From NCBI GenBank assembly GCA_963713045.1, contig CAVQKE010000003.1, forward strand, positions 1,184,001-1,248,000: a stretch of 64,000 bases of DNA, read 5' to 3'. The position numbers were made by a program, and so were the translations under genes. Source of the stretch: an uncultured delta proteobacterium. GTDB lineage: Bacteria > Myxococcota > Myxococcia > Myxococcales > Myxococcaceae. This document shows positions 10,016-19,915 of this stretch, piece after piece. Every line of letters starts with the position of its first letter. Position 1 is the first letter of the stretch. Under the pieces are notes generated by a model that was given only the letters and a program-made list of their open reading frames with translations, was not told where the DNA came from and did no database searches.

Positions 10016-11561
10016 GAGGGGGGCTCGCCGCCGCCCTCCTCCTCCTCGCTGCGCCGGCTCGGGCCGAGGTGGAACGCTTCGCGGTGGTGGTGGGCAACAA
10101 CCTGGGCTCCGGTGAGGACGCGCCGCTGCGCTACGCCGAGTCGGATGCCGCCCGGGTGGCAACCGTGCTGCGGGAAGTGGGCGACGTGCGCCCGGCCAAC
10201 CTGGTCCTGCTGCGGGGTGAAGACGCGGACACGGTGCGGCGCACGCTGATTGCCGTCAATGAGCGCGTCCGGGCGGCCGGCAGCCAGACCGTGCTGCTCG
10301 TCTTCTACAGCGGCCATGCGGACGCCGAGGCCCTGCATTTGGGCCGCTCTCGACTGGAGCTGTCGGAGCTGGAGCAGCTGGTGCGCGGCTCAGCCGCCCG
10401 CTTTCGGCTGCTGGTCCTCGACGCCTGCCGCTCTGGGGCGCTGACCCGGGTGAAGGGCGGCACGCCGGTGCCGCCCTTTGACGTCCAGGTGAGCGAGCGG
10501 GTGCCGGGAGAGGGGGCGGTGTTTCTCACCTCCAGCTCGGCGTCCGAGGACAGCCAGGAGTCCGATGAGTTGAAGGGAAGCTTCTTCACTCAGGCACTGG
10601 TGTCCGGTTTGCTTGGCGCCGCGGACGCCGATGGCGATGGGAAGGTGACGCTGCGAGAGGCCTACGCCTATGCCTACGCCGCCACGCTGCGCGCATCGAG
10701 CAAGAGCTGGGCGGGCACACAGCACCCCACCTTCCAGTACGAATTTCGCGGCCAAGGCGACTTTGTCCTCACCGTCCTGCAGGACCCGCAGGGCACCCGT
10801 GGCTGGGTGGTGTTTCCGCCCGGCCGGACGTACCTCCTCTTCCAAGACTCGGCCGACGGGCAGGTGGTGGGGGAAGTGGCCGCGGGCGACAACGTGCGGC
10901 GGCTCAGCGTCCGCCCGGGCCGCTACTTCGTCCGCGGGCGCGCCCCGGACGTCCTCCTCGAAGGGACGGTGGAGGTGGCGGCCGGGAGCACCGTCACCAT
11001 TGACGACTCCCAGTTGACGCGCACCGCCTACGCCCGGCTGGTGCGCAAAGGCGAAGGCGCCCGAGAGTCGGTGCAGGGCCTGCAGGCGGCATTCACCGCC
11101 AGCACCGCGCTTTCAGACGCCAGCAGCGCCTGCCTCGGCGTCGTCGCCGGCTATGCCATGGAATTCAAGGCCCTCACCGTCATCCCTCGGTTGGCCTACT
11201 GCCATTCGGGCTTCAGCAACCAGGACTTGAGCGCCAGCGTCAACCAGGTGGACGTCGAGGTGCGCGGCGCCTACGTCTGGGACTTCTCCTGGGTGTCGCT
11301 GGAGGTGGGGCTGACATTGGGCGGGGCGTGGCTGCAGCAAAGCTTCCAAACCGATGGTCTGGCGCCCCCCGCAGCACCCTGGCACTGCAAATCAGCCCGG
11401 ACCTGGCAGTGGCTTGCGAACTCGGAGACCGGGCCTACCTCTTCCTCGAGCTCGCAGCCGCCACCTACCTCTACCAAATGCAGGACACCCTCACCGGGCA
11501 GTCCCACTTCGGGCCGTCCTTCAGCGGCCGGCTGACGCTGGGCGTCGGCTGGCGCTTTTAG
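10012..11561 (+). CDS. Exported caspase-family (peptidase C14) protein with C-terminal outer-membrane beta-barrel; one frameshift at C6 run 11365-11370
   Basis: GTG 10012, signal peptide, RFAVVVGNN, catalytic YSGH and DAC. Adding one C continues into ORF 11328..11561, which ends with the barrel-type terminus LTLGVGWRF. Confidence 0.85.
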
Positions 11562-11562
11562 G

Positions 11563-12411
11563 TTACGGCTTGGCGATGGGGGCGCCGATGAGGTTTCCGT
11601 ATTCGGTCCAGCTGCCGTCGTAGTTGCGCACCTTGGGGAAGCCGAGCAGGTAGCTGAGGACGAACCAGGTATGGCTGCTGCGCTCGCCAATCCGGCAGTA
11701 GGCGATGGTGGGCTGCTTGGGGTCGAGCTTTTTCTGGTCCAGGTAAATGCTGCGTAGCTCGTCGGGACTCTTGAAGAAGCCGGTTTCGGTGTTGACGGCG
11801 GTGCTCCAGGGAATGCTGGCGGCCCCTGGCACGTGACCGCCCCGCTGCGCGGTCTCACTCATCCCCGGCGGAGCGATGACTTTGCCGGTGAATTCGTCCG
11901 GGCTACGGACGTCGACCAGCGCCTCGCGCGTCTTGCTGGCCGCCAGCACGTCTGGGGCATAGGCCCGCAGCGAGAGGTCCACCTTGGGGACGCGGTAGGC
12001 GCTTGCAGGGAAGGTGGGCACCTCCGGGGTGAGTGGCGCGCCCGGGGCGTTGAGCCAGGCCGCGCGCCCGCCGTTGAGGAGACGGACGTCCTGGTGTCCG
12101 TAAATTTTGAAGAGCCAGAAGCCGTAGGCGGCGAACCAGTTGCTTGCGTCCCCGTAAATAATCACGGTGTCGGAATTCTTGATTCCGGCGTGGCGGAGCA
12201 GAGTTTCGAAGCCCTCTTTGGAGATGATGTCGCGGTTCAACTGGTCCTGCAGCTGTGTCGTCCAGTCGAAGCCCACGGCGCCGGGAATGTGGCCGGCGGC
12301 GTACAGCTTCGGGTCGACGTCCACCTCCACCACACGGATGGTCGGCTTGTTGAGGTTTTGCTTCAGCCAGTCGATGGAGACCAGCACTTCGGGATGCGCG
12401 TATTCAGCCAT
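11563..12411 (-). CDS. Tandem-rhodanese thiosulfate/3-mercaptopyruvate sulfurtransferase (CysA/SseA-like)
   Basis: YAHPEVLVS, GHIPGA, active-site loop YCRIGERSS, and VRNYDGSWTEYG. Confidence 0.93.
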   Translation of the reverse strand: MAEYAHPEVLVSIDWLKQNLNKPTIRVVEVDVDPKLYAAGHIPGAVGFDWTTQLQDQLNRDIISKEGFETLLRHAGIKNSDTVIIYGDASNWFAAYGFWLFKIYGHQDVRLLNGGRAAWLNAPGAPLTPEVPTFPASAYRVPKVDLSLRAYAPDVLAASKTREALVDVRSPDEFTGKVIAPPGMSETAQRGGHVPGAASIPWSTAVNTETGFFKSPDELRSIYLDQKKLDPKQPTIAYCRIGERSSHTWFVLSYLLGFPKVRNYDGSWTEYGNLIGAPIAKP

Positions 12412-12525
12412 GACGGGAACTTCCTTTGTGTTGGGTTGGAAGACAGCAGCGTCCCGCCTGGCCCTTCCGAGCGGGACATAGCGAGGGGACCGCGAGCCAC
12501 TGCGACGTCGGGCGCGGGTTGTGGG

Positions 12526-13494
12526 TCATGACTCCACCGCCAATTCAGGAAGGTGTTTCAGCATGTTCGAGCTGTACTTGAAGACGCTGTCGCAAAAAAT
12601 GAGGACGCCGCAGTCCACTTTGGAGCGCTCCGCGACTCGCCGGGCCCCTTCAAAGATGAGCCCCGAGCTCGGGCCAGCAAGCAGTCCTTCGGCACGGGCC
12701 AGGTCGCGGGCACGGCTGTAGGCGAATTCAAAGTCCACTTCCAAAATTTCGTCGATGAGCGAGGGGTCGAAAAGCTTGCTGACGTCGAGCTCAGACACAT
12801 TGCGAAGCCCCGGGACGTCATGGCCCGCTGAAGGCTGGACGGCGATGACTTTCACCCCCGGCTTCTTCGCCTTGAGGAAGGTGGCGACGCCAGTCACCGT
12901 GCCGCAGGTCCCGAGGCTGGTGAAGACGTGGCTGACGCGGCCGTTCGTCTGTCGCCAGATTTCGGGCCCGGTGGTGCGAATGTGCGCCTCGACGTTGTGA
13001 CGGTTCTCATACTGGTTGGCCATCACGTACTTCTCGCCTTGAGCCTTGGCGTACGTCTTGGCGAGGCCAATGGTGCCGTCCTCGCTCCCCGGCAACGGGC
13101 ACAGCGCGTCCTGCACCACGTCCACCGCTGCCCCCAGGACCCTCAGCAGCACCTTCTTCTCCTCTGGCACCTTGGAGGGCACCACCGCCCGCATCGGGTA
13201 GCCGCGCACCGCGGCCAGGGCCGCCAGGCTGATGCCAGTGTTTCCTGAGGTGGGCTCGACGACGCCGCGCCCGGGATGCGCAGGACCGAGTTCACCCCGC
13301 TCCTCGAGGTCCCGGAGCATCGCCCAGGCGGGCCGGTCCTTCACCGAACCGAAGGGATTGAGCCACTCCAGCTTCGCCCAAAATTCACTCCCGTTGGCCG
13401 GCACCATTCGGTTGAGGCGCACCAGCGGGGAAGGGTTTTCCTCGTCGGGAAGCATCTCGAGGATGTCGTTGTAGACGCGTGCGGAGTGGTCCAT
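12526..13494 (-). CDS. PLP-dependent cysteine synthase family protein
   Basis: AKLEWLNPFGSVKDR, EPTSGNTG, LGTCGT and GPSSG motifs; start re-assigned to ATG 13494 (MDHSARVY) with AGGA SD. Confidence 0.92.
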   Translation of the reverse strand: MDHSARVYNDILEMLPDEENPSPLVRLNRMVPANGSEFWAKLEWLNPFGSVKDRPAWAMLRDLEERGELGPAHPGRGVVEPTSGNTGISLAALAAVRGYPMRAVVPSKVPEEKKVLLRVLGAAVDVVQDALCPLPGSEDGTIGLAKTYAKAQGEKYVMANQYENRHNVEAHIRTTGPEIWRQTNGRVSHVFTSLGTCGTVTGVATFLKAKKPGVKVIAVQPSAGHDVPGLRNVSELDVSKLFDPSLIDEILEVDFEFAYSRARDLARAEGLLAGPSSGLIFEGARRVAERSKVDCGVLIFCDSVFKYSSNMLKHLPELAVES

Positions 13495-13598
13495 AGGTTC
13501 CTGGGGGGTGGGTAGGGACTCCGAGGGCCAAAACCAACCGCGGAGTCCGACAGGCGTCCCCTTCTGGGGACAACAGATGCTGAAGGCAGCCGAACGGT

Positions 13599-13682
13599 TC
13601 AGCGCCGACAACAGCGACAACACGCACGCCCTGCCGGCGGCCGCCCGGGCACAAGACGTACGGTGTCGACGGAGTCACTCAC
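13599..13682 (-). CDS. Putative polycysteine leader peptide MSDSVDTVRLVPGRPPAGRACCRCCRR
   Basis: GTG 13682 to TGA 13599; ends TGT TGT CGC TGT TGT CGG CGC TGA, about 100 nt upstream of cysteine synthase; TAAGCT -10-like hexamer at 13702-13697. Confidence 0.65.
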   Translation of the reverse strand: MSDSVDTVRLVPGRPPAGRACCRCCRR

Positions 13683-13852
13683 GGAGGCTGAAGCGAAGCT
13701 TAGCGCCCTCCGCCGCGGCGTGCACCAGTGGGGGGCCCGACCGGCGGGTGGAGGCGGCCCCATGGCTGTCAGGGCCCCCCCGGAAGGCTTGTCGGAAGGC
13801 CAAACCCCGGGCACTGTCAGCTGCCTTTTCCCCGGGGGAGGGAGGAACCGTC

Positions 13853-15064
13853 ATGCGCCAGGTAGGAGCCCTCGTCCTCGCCTTGGTCCTCGGCGGCACC
13901 ACTGCTCGGGCGGACGTCCTCGGGGACTGGACCGACATTGCCGTCGGCATGGCCACCAGCGCCAAGCAGCCGGCCCATGTCCAGGCTCGGACGTTGGCCA
14001 TGGTGCACGTCGCGATGTTCGACACCCTCAACGCCGTCGACGCGCGCTACACGCCCTACAAGGTGAAGCCCGTCCCCAGCGTGGGCACGTCGGCCGAAGC
14101 GGCTGCGGCGGTGGCGGCACACGACGTCCTGGTGGCGGTGTTCCCCACCGAGGCGGCACGTCTGGACGCCGCGCTGGACATCTCCTTGGTGCGGGTGACG
14201 GACGCGGGCGTACGCGCCAGTAGCCTTGCCCTGGGGCAACGCGTCGCGGCCGCCATTCTCGCCCTGCGCGCCTCGGACGGTTCCGACGCGGCCGAAAGCT
14301 GGCGGCCGCTGACGCCGGCGGGCCTCTACATCCCCACCACCCTGCCCATCGGTTCAAACTGGGGCAAAGTCACGCCCTGGGTGCTGGAGAAGGCGGACCA
14401 ATTTCGTCCCGCTGCACCGCTCGCCCTCAGCAGCAGCGAGTGGGCACGGGACTACAACGAAGCGAAGGCGGTGGGCGGCCGCAACAGCTCCACCCGGACG
14501 GCGGCCCAGACGGAGGCGGCGCGCTTTTGGGCCGGCCCCACTCCGGCTCTCAACACCGCGGCGGTCCGGGCAGAAATGGACGTCGGAGGCCGCTCTCTTG
14601 TGCAAAACGCCCGCCTTCTCGCCCTGGCTTCCCTGGCACAAGCGGACGCCTTCATCGCTGTCTTCGACGCGAAATACGCCTACAACTTCTGGCGCCCCCT
14701 GACTGCCATTCGGGACGGGGACCTCGACCAGAATGACGCCACGGCGCCGGACGCCACCTGGGAGCCGCTGGTGGAGACGCCCCTCAACCCTGAATACCCT
14801 TGCGCCCACTGCATTGCTGCCAGCGCGGTGGCTGCGGTGCTGGAGAGGGAATTTGGAGCGAAACTCCGCAGCTTCCGGCTGAGCAGCCCCGGAGTCCCGA
14901 AGGCCACCCATTCCTGGAGCCGCCTTTCGGACTTCGTGGGCGAAGTCTCCAACGCCCCGGTGTGGGGAGGCGTCCACTTCCGGAATTCGACGGTGGTGGG
15001 CGTCGCCATGGGACGGAAGATTGGCGACTACACTTGGGAGAAGGTACTCCGCCCCCTGAAATAA
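13853..15064 (+). CDS. Secreted vanadium-dependent haloperoxidase / PAP2-superfamily protein
   Basis: ATG 13853 after GGAGG; signal peptide; KYAYNFWRP, PEYPCAH and GGVHF motifs. Confidence 0.85.
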   Translation: MRQVGALVLALVLGGTTARADVLGDWTDIAVGMATSAKQPAHVQARTLAMVHVAMFDTLNAVDARYTPYKVKPVPSVGTSAEAAAAVAAHDVLVAVFPTEAARLDAALDISLVRVTDAGVRASSLALGQRVAAAILALRASDGSDAAESWRPLTPAGLYIPTTLPIGSNWGKVTPWVLEKADQFRPAAPLALSSSEWARDYNEAKAVGGRNSSTRTAAQTEAARFWAGPTPALNTAAVRAEMDVGGRSLVQNARLLALASLAQADAFIAVFDAKYAYNFWRPLTAIRDGDLDQNDATAPDATWEPLVETPLNPEYPCAHCIAASAVAAVLEREFGAKLRSFRLSSPGVPKATHSWSRLSDFVGEVSNAPVWGGVHFRNSTVVGVAMGRKIGDYTWEKVLRPLK

Positions 15065-15157
15065 CACGCCGGCTGGGAGGACGCCTCCGGCCGCCCCCAG
15101 GGGGCTTGTTGCTGTTTCGCCCGGGCTGGCCGACGGGGTTAAGAGGCCCAACCGGAC

Positions 15158-15967
15158 GTGGCCCCTTCCATCGTCGACGCGCATACCCATCTTTTCCCGG
15201 AACGGCTCGCGGCGGCCATCCGTGCCTTCTTTGTCCAGTACCTCTCGCCCGACGCGTTCCACTACCCACACGCCTGGCGCGAGGCACGCGGCGTCCTCCA
15301 GGCCGCGGGCCTCTCCCGCTGCTGGAGTCTGCCCTACGTCCGGCAGCCGAAGGGTGCCCCGGCCCTCAACCGGTGGATGGCGGAGACGTTTGCCGACGAC
15401 GCCTTCGTCGAGCCCGGCGCCACTGTCCACCCGGGCGATGACGTCCGCGCCGTGGTGGAGGAGGCGGTGAAGATGCTCGGCCTTCGGCTCTTCAAGCTGC
15501 ATTGCTCCGTCGGGAACTTCGCCCTGACGGACCAGCGCCTCGACCCCCTGTGGCGGCGCCTTTCCGAGGCAGGCATGCCGGTGGTGGTGCACCTCGGCCG
15601 CTCGGTGGCGGGAAATACCGAAGGCAGCGAGCTGGCGGACCTGGAAGCCATGGCCCGGCGCTGGCCCTCGGCGAAAATCATCCTCGCCCATTGCGCCGCC
15701 CCGGCGGTTGAGGAGGCCCTCGCCCTGTTGCGGCGCTACCCCAACCTCCACGCCGACCTCACCCCGGTCGTCTTTCATCTGGCCCCGCTACAGCCGGGAA
15801 GCCTCGCCGGCCTCGAGGACCGCATCCTCTTTGGCTCGGACATGCCCAACGTGGTGGTCAAGGTCGAGGACGCGCTGCAGGCCATCCGGGCGCTTGGCCT
15901 CTCAGCGGAACACGAGGCGCAGGTGCTGGGGGGAAACGCCGAACGCCTCCTCCCCAGCCGCCGGTAA
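15158..15967 (+). CDS. Amidohydrolase_2 family metal-dependent hydrolase
   Basis: IVDAHTH, FKLH, VVVHLG, ILAH and ILFGSDMP motifs. Confidence 0.88.
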   Translation: MAPSIVDAHTHLFPERLAAAIRAFFVQYLSPDAFHYPHAWREARGVLQAAGLSRCWSLPYVRQPKGAPALNRWMAETFADDAFVEPGATVHPGDDVRAVVEEAVKMLGLRLFKLHCSVGNFALTDQRLDPLWRRLSEAGMPVVVHLGRSVAGNTEGSELADLEAMARRWPSAKIILAHCAAPAVEEALALLRRYPNLHADLTPVVFHLAPLQPGSLAGLEDRILFGSDMPNVVVKVEDALQAIRALGLSAEHEAQVLGGNAERLLPSRR

Positions 15968-16160
15968 GCAGCTCAAGGAGTCCAGCATCGGACAACCGAA
16001 TGCTGGGGCCCGCCTTTCACCGATGCTGGAGTGGGCGATAAGACGAGTCACTCGCAGCATGCGACTTAGACGTTGAGTTATTTCGCACGTTTTGTAGAAG
16101 GCCTCGTCGGTGACTCCCCCCTAAAGGGCCACCATCCCCTTCCGCGCAGGCCCTGAACGA

Positions 16161-16814
16161 ATGCCCCTCTTCCCACGCTGGACGAATACGGTTTCTCGGG
16201 TGAGCGTGGTCCTTCTTCTGGCTTTTCCGGCCGTGACCATCGCCGGGCTCCTCATCCTGGTCCGCTCGCCCTATGGAACGAAGGTCAACCGAGAGGTGGT
16301 CCAGCCCATCCAGTTTGACCACCGGCACCATGTCGGCGACGAAGGCATCGACTGTCGGTATTGCCATTACACGGTGGAGCGGTCTCCCAACGCCGGAATG
16401 CCTGCCACCCAGGTGTGCATGAGTTGCCATGCCCAGGTGTGGAACAAGAGCCCGCTGCTGGGACTGGTGCGTGAGTACTACTTCAAAGACCGCCCCATTC
16501 CGTGGAACAGCGTCCACAACCTGCCGGACTTCGTCTACTTCAACCACTCCATCCACGTGAATAAGGGCGTGGGCTGTGCCAGCTGTCACGGCCGAGTGGA
16601 CCACATGCCGCAGGTTGAGCAGGTCTCCCCCCTCACCATGTCCTGGTGCCTCGAGTGTCACCGGGCGCCGGAGAAGAATCTCCGCCCGGTGGAATTCATG
16701 ACCAGCATGACTTGGAAGCCGGAACCGGGCGTCGATGGCGAGAAGCTCGGTTCGGATTTGGCCAAGCTGTACAACGTCCACACGCGAACCTCGTGCGACA
16801 CATGCCACCGATGA
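16161..16814 (+). CDS. actA: Alternative complex III pentaheme cytochrome c subunit ActA
   Basis: N-terminal TM plus five CxxCH motifs (CRYCH, CMSCH, CASCH, CLECH, CDTCH); first gene of an ACIII cluster. Confidence 0.92.
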   Translation: MPLFPRWTNTVSRVSVVLLLAFPAVTIAGLLILVRSPYGTKVNREVVQPIQFDHRHHVGDEGIDCRYCHYTVERSPNAGMPATQVCMSCHAQVWNKSPLLGLVREYYFKDRPIPWNSVHNLPDFVYFNHSIHVNKGVGCASCHGRVDHMPQVEQVSPLTMSWCLECHRAPEKNLRPVEFMTSMTWKPEPGVDGEKLGSDLAKLYNVHTRTSCDTCHR

Positions 16815-19800
16815 AATTCGCTCTGCCCGTCCTCGCCGACACCGAGAGCGTTCCCCTCTCGGAGGCGCCGTCCAGTCAGACCCCGCCGGACGAGGCCCAC
16901 TTTGCTCCGCACCGCACGCCGGGAGAGCACGGCTACGGGCGCACCTACTGGCGCTCCATGGAAGAACGCCTCGATGGCCCGCTGGGCAGCGACCGCGAGT
17001 TCTCCCCGGGCCAAATGGACGTCCCGACCGGTTTTCAGAGGCGCGACTTTCTGCAGCTGATGGGGGCCTCGGTCGCCCTGGCCGGCCTGACCGCCTGCAC
17101 CGAGAAGCCGGTGCAGCGCATCCTCGCCTACACCCGCACCCCGGACGGACTCGCGCCGGGCAACCCCCTTCATTATGCGACCGCTTGCGCCCGCGATGGC
17201 GTGGCCACGGGCCTTTTGGTGACGGCCTGGGAGGGCCGACCGACAAAGGTGGAGGGTAACCCCACGCACCCGGGAAGCCGGGGGGTCACCGGGCCGGCGG
17301 AGCAGGCGATGTTGCTGCAGCTGTACGACCCGGCCCGCGCCCGCGTCCTCAAGGAAAGGAACGCTGGCCGGAGCTGGCGCAGCTTTCGCGAGTCGATGCT
17401 GTTGCGCTCCTCGGCTTGGAGTCCGGGCAGCGGCGCGCCGCTGCACTTCCTGGTGGAACCCTCCAGCTCGCCGACCGTCCTGGCGCTACGCCAGGAGATA
17501 TTGGCCCGCTTCCCCAAGGCCCGCTTCCACGCCTACGCCAGCGCTCCCAGAGACAGCGTCTATGAAGGGACGCGCTGGGCCTTCGGCACTACGCTCGAGC
17601 CACAACTGGACGTCGAACGCGCTGACGCCATCCTCTCGCTGGATGCGGACTTCCTCGAGGCTCGAATCGAGAACCTGCCCGCCACCCGCGGCTTTGCATC
17701 GCGCCGGGACCCGGCGTCGCCGGCAGGGATGAATCGTCTGTATGTGGTCGAGCCGCGGCTGAGCATTACCGGCGGCATGGCCGACCACCGGCTGCGCGCC
17801 CGCAGCTCCGACATTGAGGGCGTGGCCTTGGCAGTCCTGGCGCAACTGGGCAAGACGGTGACGGCACTGTCGGCCTTCTCCTCGGTGTCCGGGCCGCCCC
17901 TGACCGCCGAAACCGCGCGCTTCGTGAAGGCGGTGGCCAAGGACCTGGCCAGCAAGGCCGGCCGCTCGCTGGTGGTGGCCGGCGAGCGTCAGACGCCGCT
18001 GACCCACGCCGTGGCGCACGCCATCAACGCCTCGCTGGGCAACATTGGAACCACGGTGCGCTTCACCGAGCCGGTGGTGGACACCGCCTCGGGTCCGGCC
18101 GCGTTGCAGCCCCTGCTGGAGGAGCTGCGCGCCGGCCGCGTGGACACCCTGGTCATCACCGCCAGTAACCCGGCCTACAGCGCTCCGGCCGACAGCGGCC
18201 TGGCGGCGCTCCTCAAGAAGGTGCCCAACGTCGTCTACTGGGGCCAGTACGAGGACGAGACCGGGCAGCTGGCGAATTGGTTTATTCCGGCGGCCCACCC
18301 CTTCGAAACCTGGGGAGACGTCCGCGCTCTGGACGGCACCGCCAGCGTGGTGCAGCCCCTCATCTCGCCCCTTTACGGCGGACTGAGCGAGATTGAAGTG
18401 CTGGAGGCCTTTGTCGACCGGCCCGAACTCAAACCCTATGACGCCGTGCGGGCCACTTGGAAAACGCGGAACCCGGGCCCGGACTTCGAGACGGCCTGGG
18501 AGACCTGGCTTTCCGCGGGCGTGGTGCCCCAGACGCAACGCCCCTTCGCCTCGCCCGTCCTGCGGGCGGAATCCATCGCCCAGCTGGCTTCGGCCGCCCG
18601 ACCGACACCATCCGGCCTCGAGGTCAACTTCGTCACCGACTACAAAGTCTTCGATGGGCGTTGGGGACAGAACGCCTGGCTGCAAGAGCTTCCCGACCCA
18701 GTGACCAAAGTGGTGTGGGACAACGTCGCGCTGCTGAGCGAAGCCACGGCAGCCAAGTACGGCGTCAAGCAGTATGACCCCATTTCTCGGACGTTTGACC
18801 TCGTCACCCTCACCGTCGACGGGCGCTCGGTGGAGGCACCGGCGTTGGTGCAGCCGGGCTGCGCGGATGACGCGGTGACGGTGCAGCTCGGCTACGGCAA
18901 ATCGGTGGTGGAGCTTCTCTTCGAGGTGGATGCCCCTCGGGTGGTGGGATTCGACGCTGGCCGCATCCGCACCGCCTCGGCTCCCTGGTTCCGGACCGGC
19001 TTGCAGCTGGCCCCCACCGGGCGGACGTACACCGTCGTCACCACCCAGACGCAGCCCACCGCCGCCGACCGGCCGGTGGCGCTGATGCAGACGCTGGAGG
19101 AATTCCAGAAGGACCCAGAGGCGCCGGAATACCGGCGTCCTCAGGGCAAGCTGAAGGGCCATCCGCTGCCGACGGTGCAGAAACCGGTCGACTATTCACA
19201 GCAGCAATACAAATGGGGAATGAGCGTCGACATGAGCCGCTGCACGGGGTGCAGCGCCTGCGTCGTCGCCTGCCAGGCCGAAAACAACATTCCGGTGGTC
19301 GGCAAAGAGCAAGCCGGCAAAGGCCGGGTGATGCAGTGGATGCGGATGGACCGCTACTACTCCGGCACCGCTGAGGACCCCGAAGTGGTGAACCAGCCGA
19401 TGCTCTGCCAGCAGTGCGAGGCGGCACCCTGCGAGTACGTCTGCCCGGTGAATGCCACCTTGCACTCCGACGAGGGCCTCAACGACATGGTGTACAACCG
19501 GTGCATCGGCACCCGGTACTGCTCGAACAACTGCCCCTACAAGGTTCGCCACTTCAACTACCTGCACTGGACGGCTGACCGCAGTCAGGTCGAGCGGATG
19601 ATTTACAACCCCGACGTCACCGTCCGGGCGCGCGGGGTGATGGAGAAATGCACCTACTGCGTGCAGCGCATCGAGCGGGCGCGAATCGTCTCCCGGCTGG
19701 AGAACCGAACCATCCGTGACGCCGAGTTGATGACCGCCTGCCAGCAGGCCTGTCCGAGCAACGCGATTGTTTTCGGCAGCCTGAATGACCCGAAGTCCCG

Positions 19801-19915
19801 CGTCAGTCAGCTCCAGGCCGACCCGCGGCGCTTTGATGTCCTCTATGAACTGAACACCCGGCCGCGCACCGCTTACCTGACGAAACTCAAGAACCCGAAT
19901 CCGGAGCTCGCCTGA
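16811..19915 (+). CDS. actB: Alternative complex III subunit ActB (molybdopterin-oxidoreductase-like domain plus Fe-S domain)
   Basis: ATG 16811; YWRS and Tat-lipoprotein signal RRDFLQ...LTAC; CTGCSACVVAC, CQQCEAAPCEYVCP, CIGTRYCSNNCP and MEKCTYCVQRI. Confidence 0.93.
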   Translation: MKFALPVLADTESVPLSEAPSSQTPPDEAHFAPHRTPGEHGYGRTYWRSMEERLDGPLGSDREFSPGQMDVPTGFQRRDFLQLMGASVALAGLTACTEKPVQRILAYTRTPDGLAPGNPLHYATACARDGVATGLLVTAWEGRPTKVEGNPTHPGSRGVTGPAEQAMLLQLYDPARARVLKERNAGRSWRSFRESMLLRSSAWSPGSGAPLHFLVEPSSSPTVLALRQEILARFPKARFHAYASAPRDSVYEGTRWAFGTTLEPQLDVERADAILSLDADFLEARIENLPATRGFASRRDPASPAGMNRLYVVEPRLSITGGMADHRLRARSSDIEGVALAVLAQLGKTVTALSAFSSVSGPPLTAETARFVKAVAKDLASKAGRSLVVAGERQTPLTHAVAHAINASLGNIGTTVRFTEPVVDTASGPAALQPLLEELRAGRVDTLVITASNPAYSAPADSGLAALLKKVPNVVYWGQYEDETGQLANWFIPAAHPFETWGDVRALDGTASVVQPLISPLYGGLSEIEVLEAFVDRPELKPYDAVRATWKTRNPGPDFETAWETWLSAGVVPQTQRPFASPVLRAESIAQLASAARPTPSGLEVNFVTDYKVFDGRWGQNAWLQELPDPVTKVVWDNVALLSEATAAKYGVKQYDPISRTFDLVTLTVDGRSVEAPALVQPGCADDAVTVQLGYGKSVVELLFEVDAPRVVGFDAGRIRTASAPWFRTGLQLAPTGRTYTVVTTQTQPTAADRPVALMQTLEEFQKDPEAPEYRRPQGKLKGHPLPTVQKPVDYSQQQYKWGMSVDMSRCTGCSACVVACQAENNIPVVGKEQAGKGRVMQWMRMDRYYSGTAEDPEVVNQPMLCQQCEAAPCEYVCPVNATLHSDEGLNDMVYNRCIGTRYCSNNCPYKVRHFNYLHWTADRSQVERMIYNPDVTVRARGVMEKCTYCVQRIERARIVSRLENRTIRDAELMTACQQACPSNAIVFGSLNDPKSRVSQLQADPRRFDVLYELNTRPRTAYLTKLKNPNPELA

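Noticed and set aside
16811..19915. Catalytic molybdoenzyme
   Set aside because: Context and architecture identify ActB, whose molybdopterin-like domain is known to lack the cofactor.
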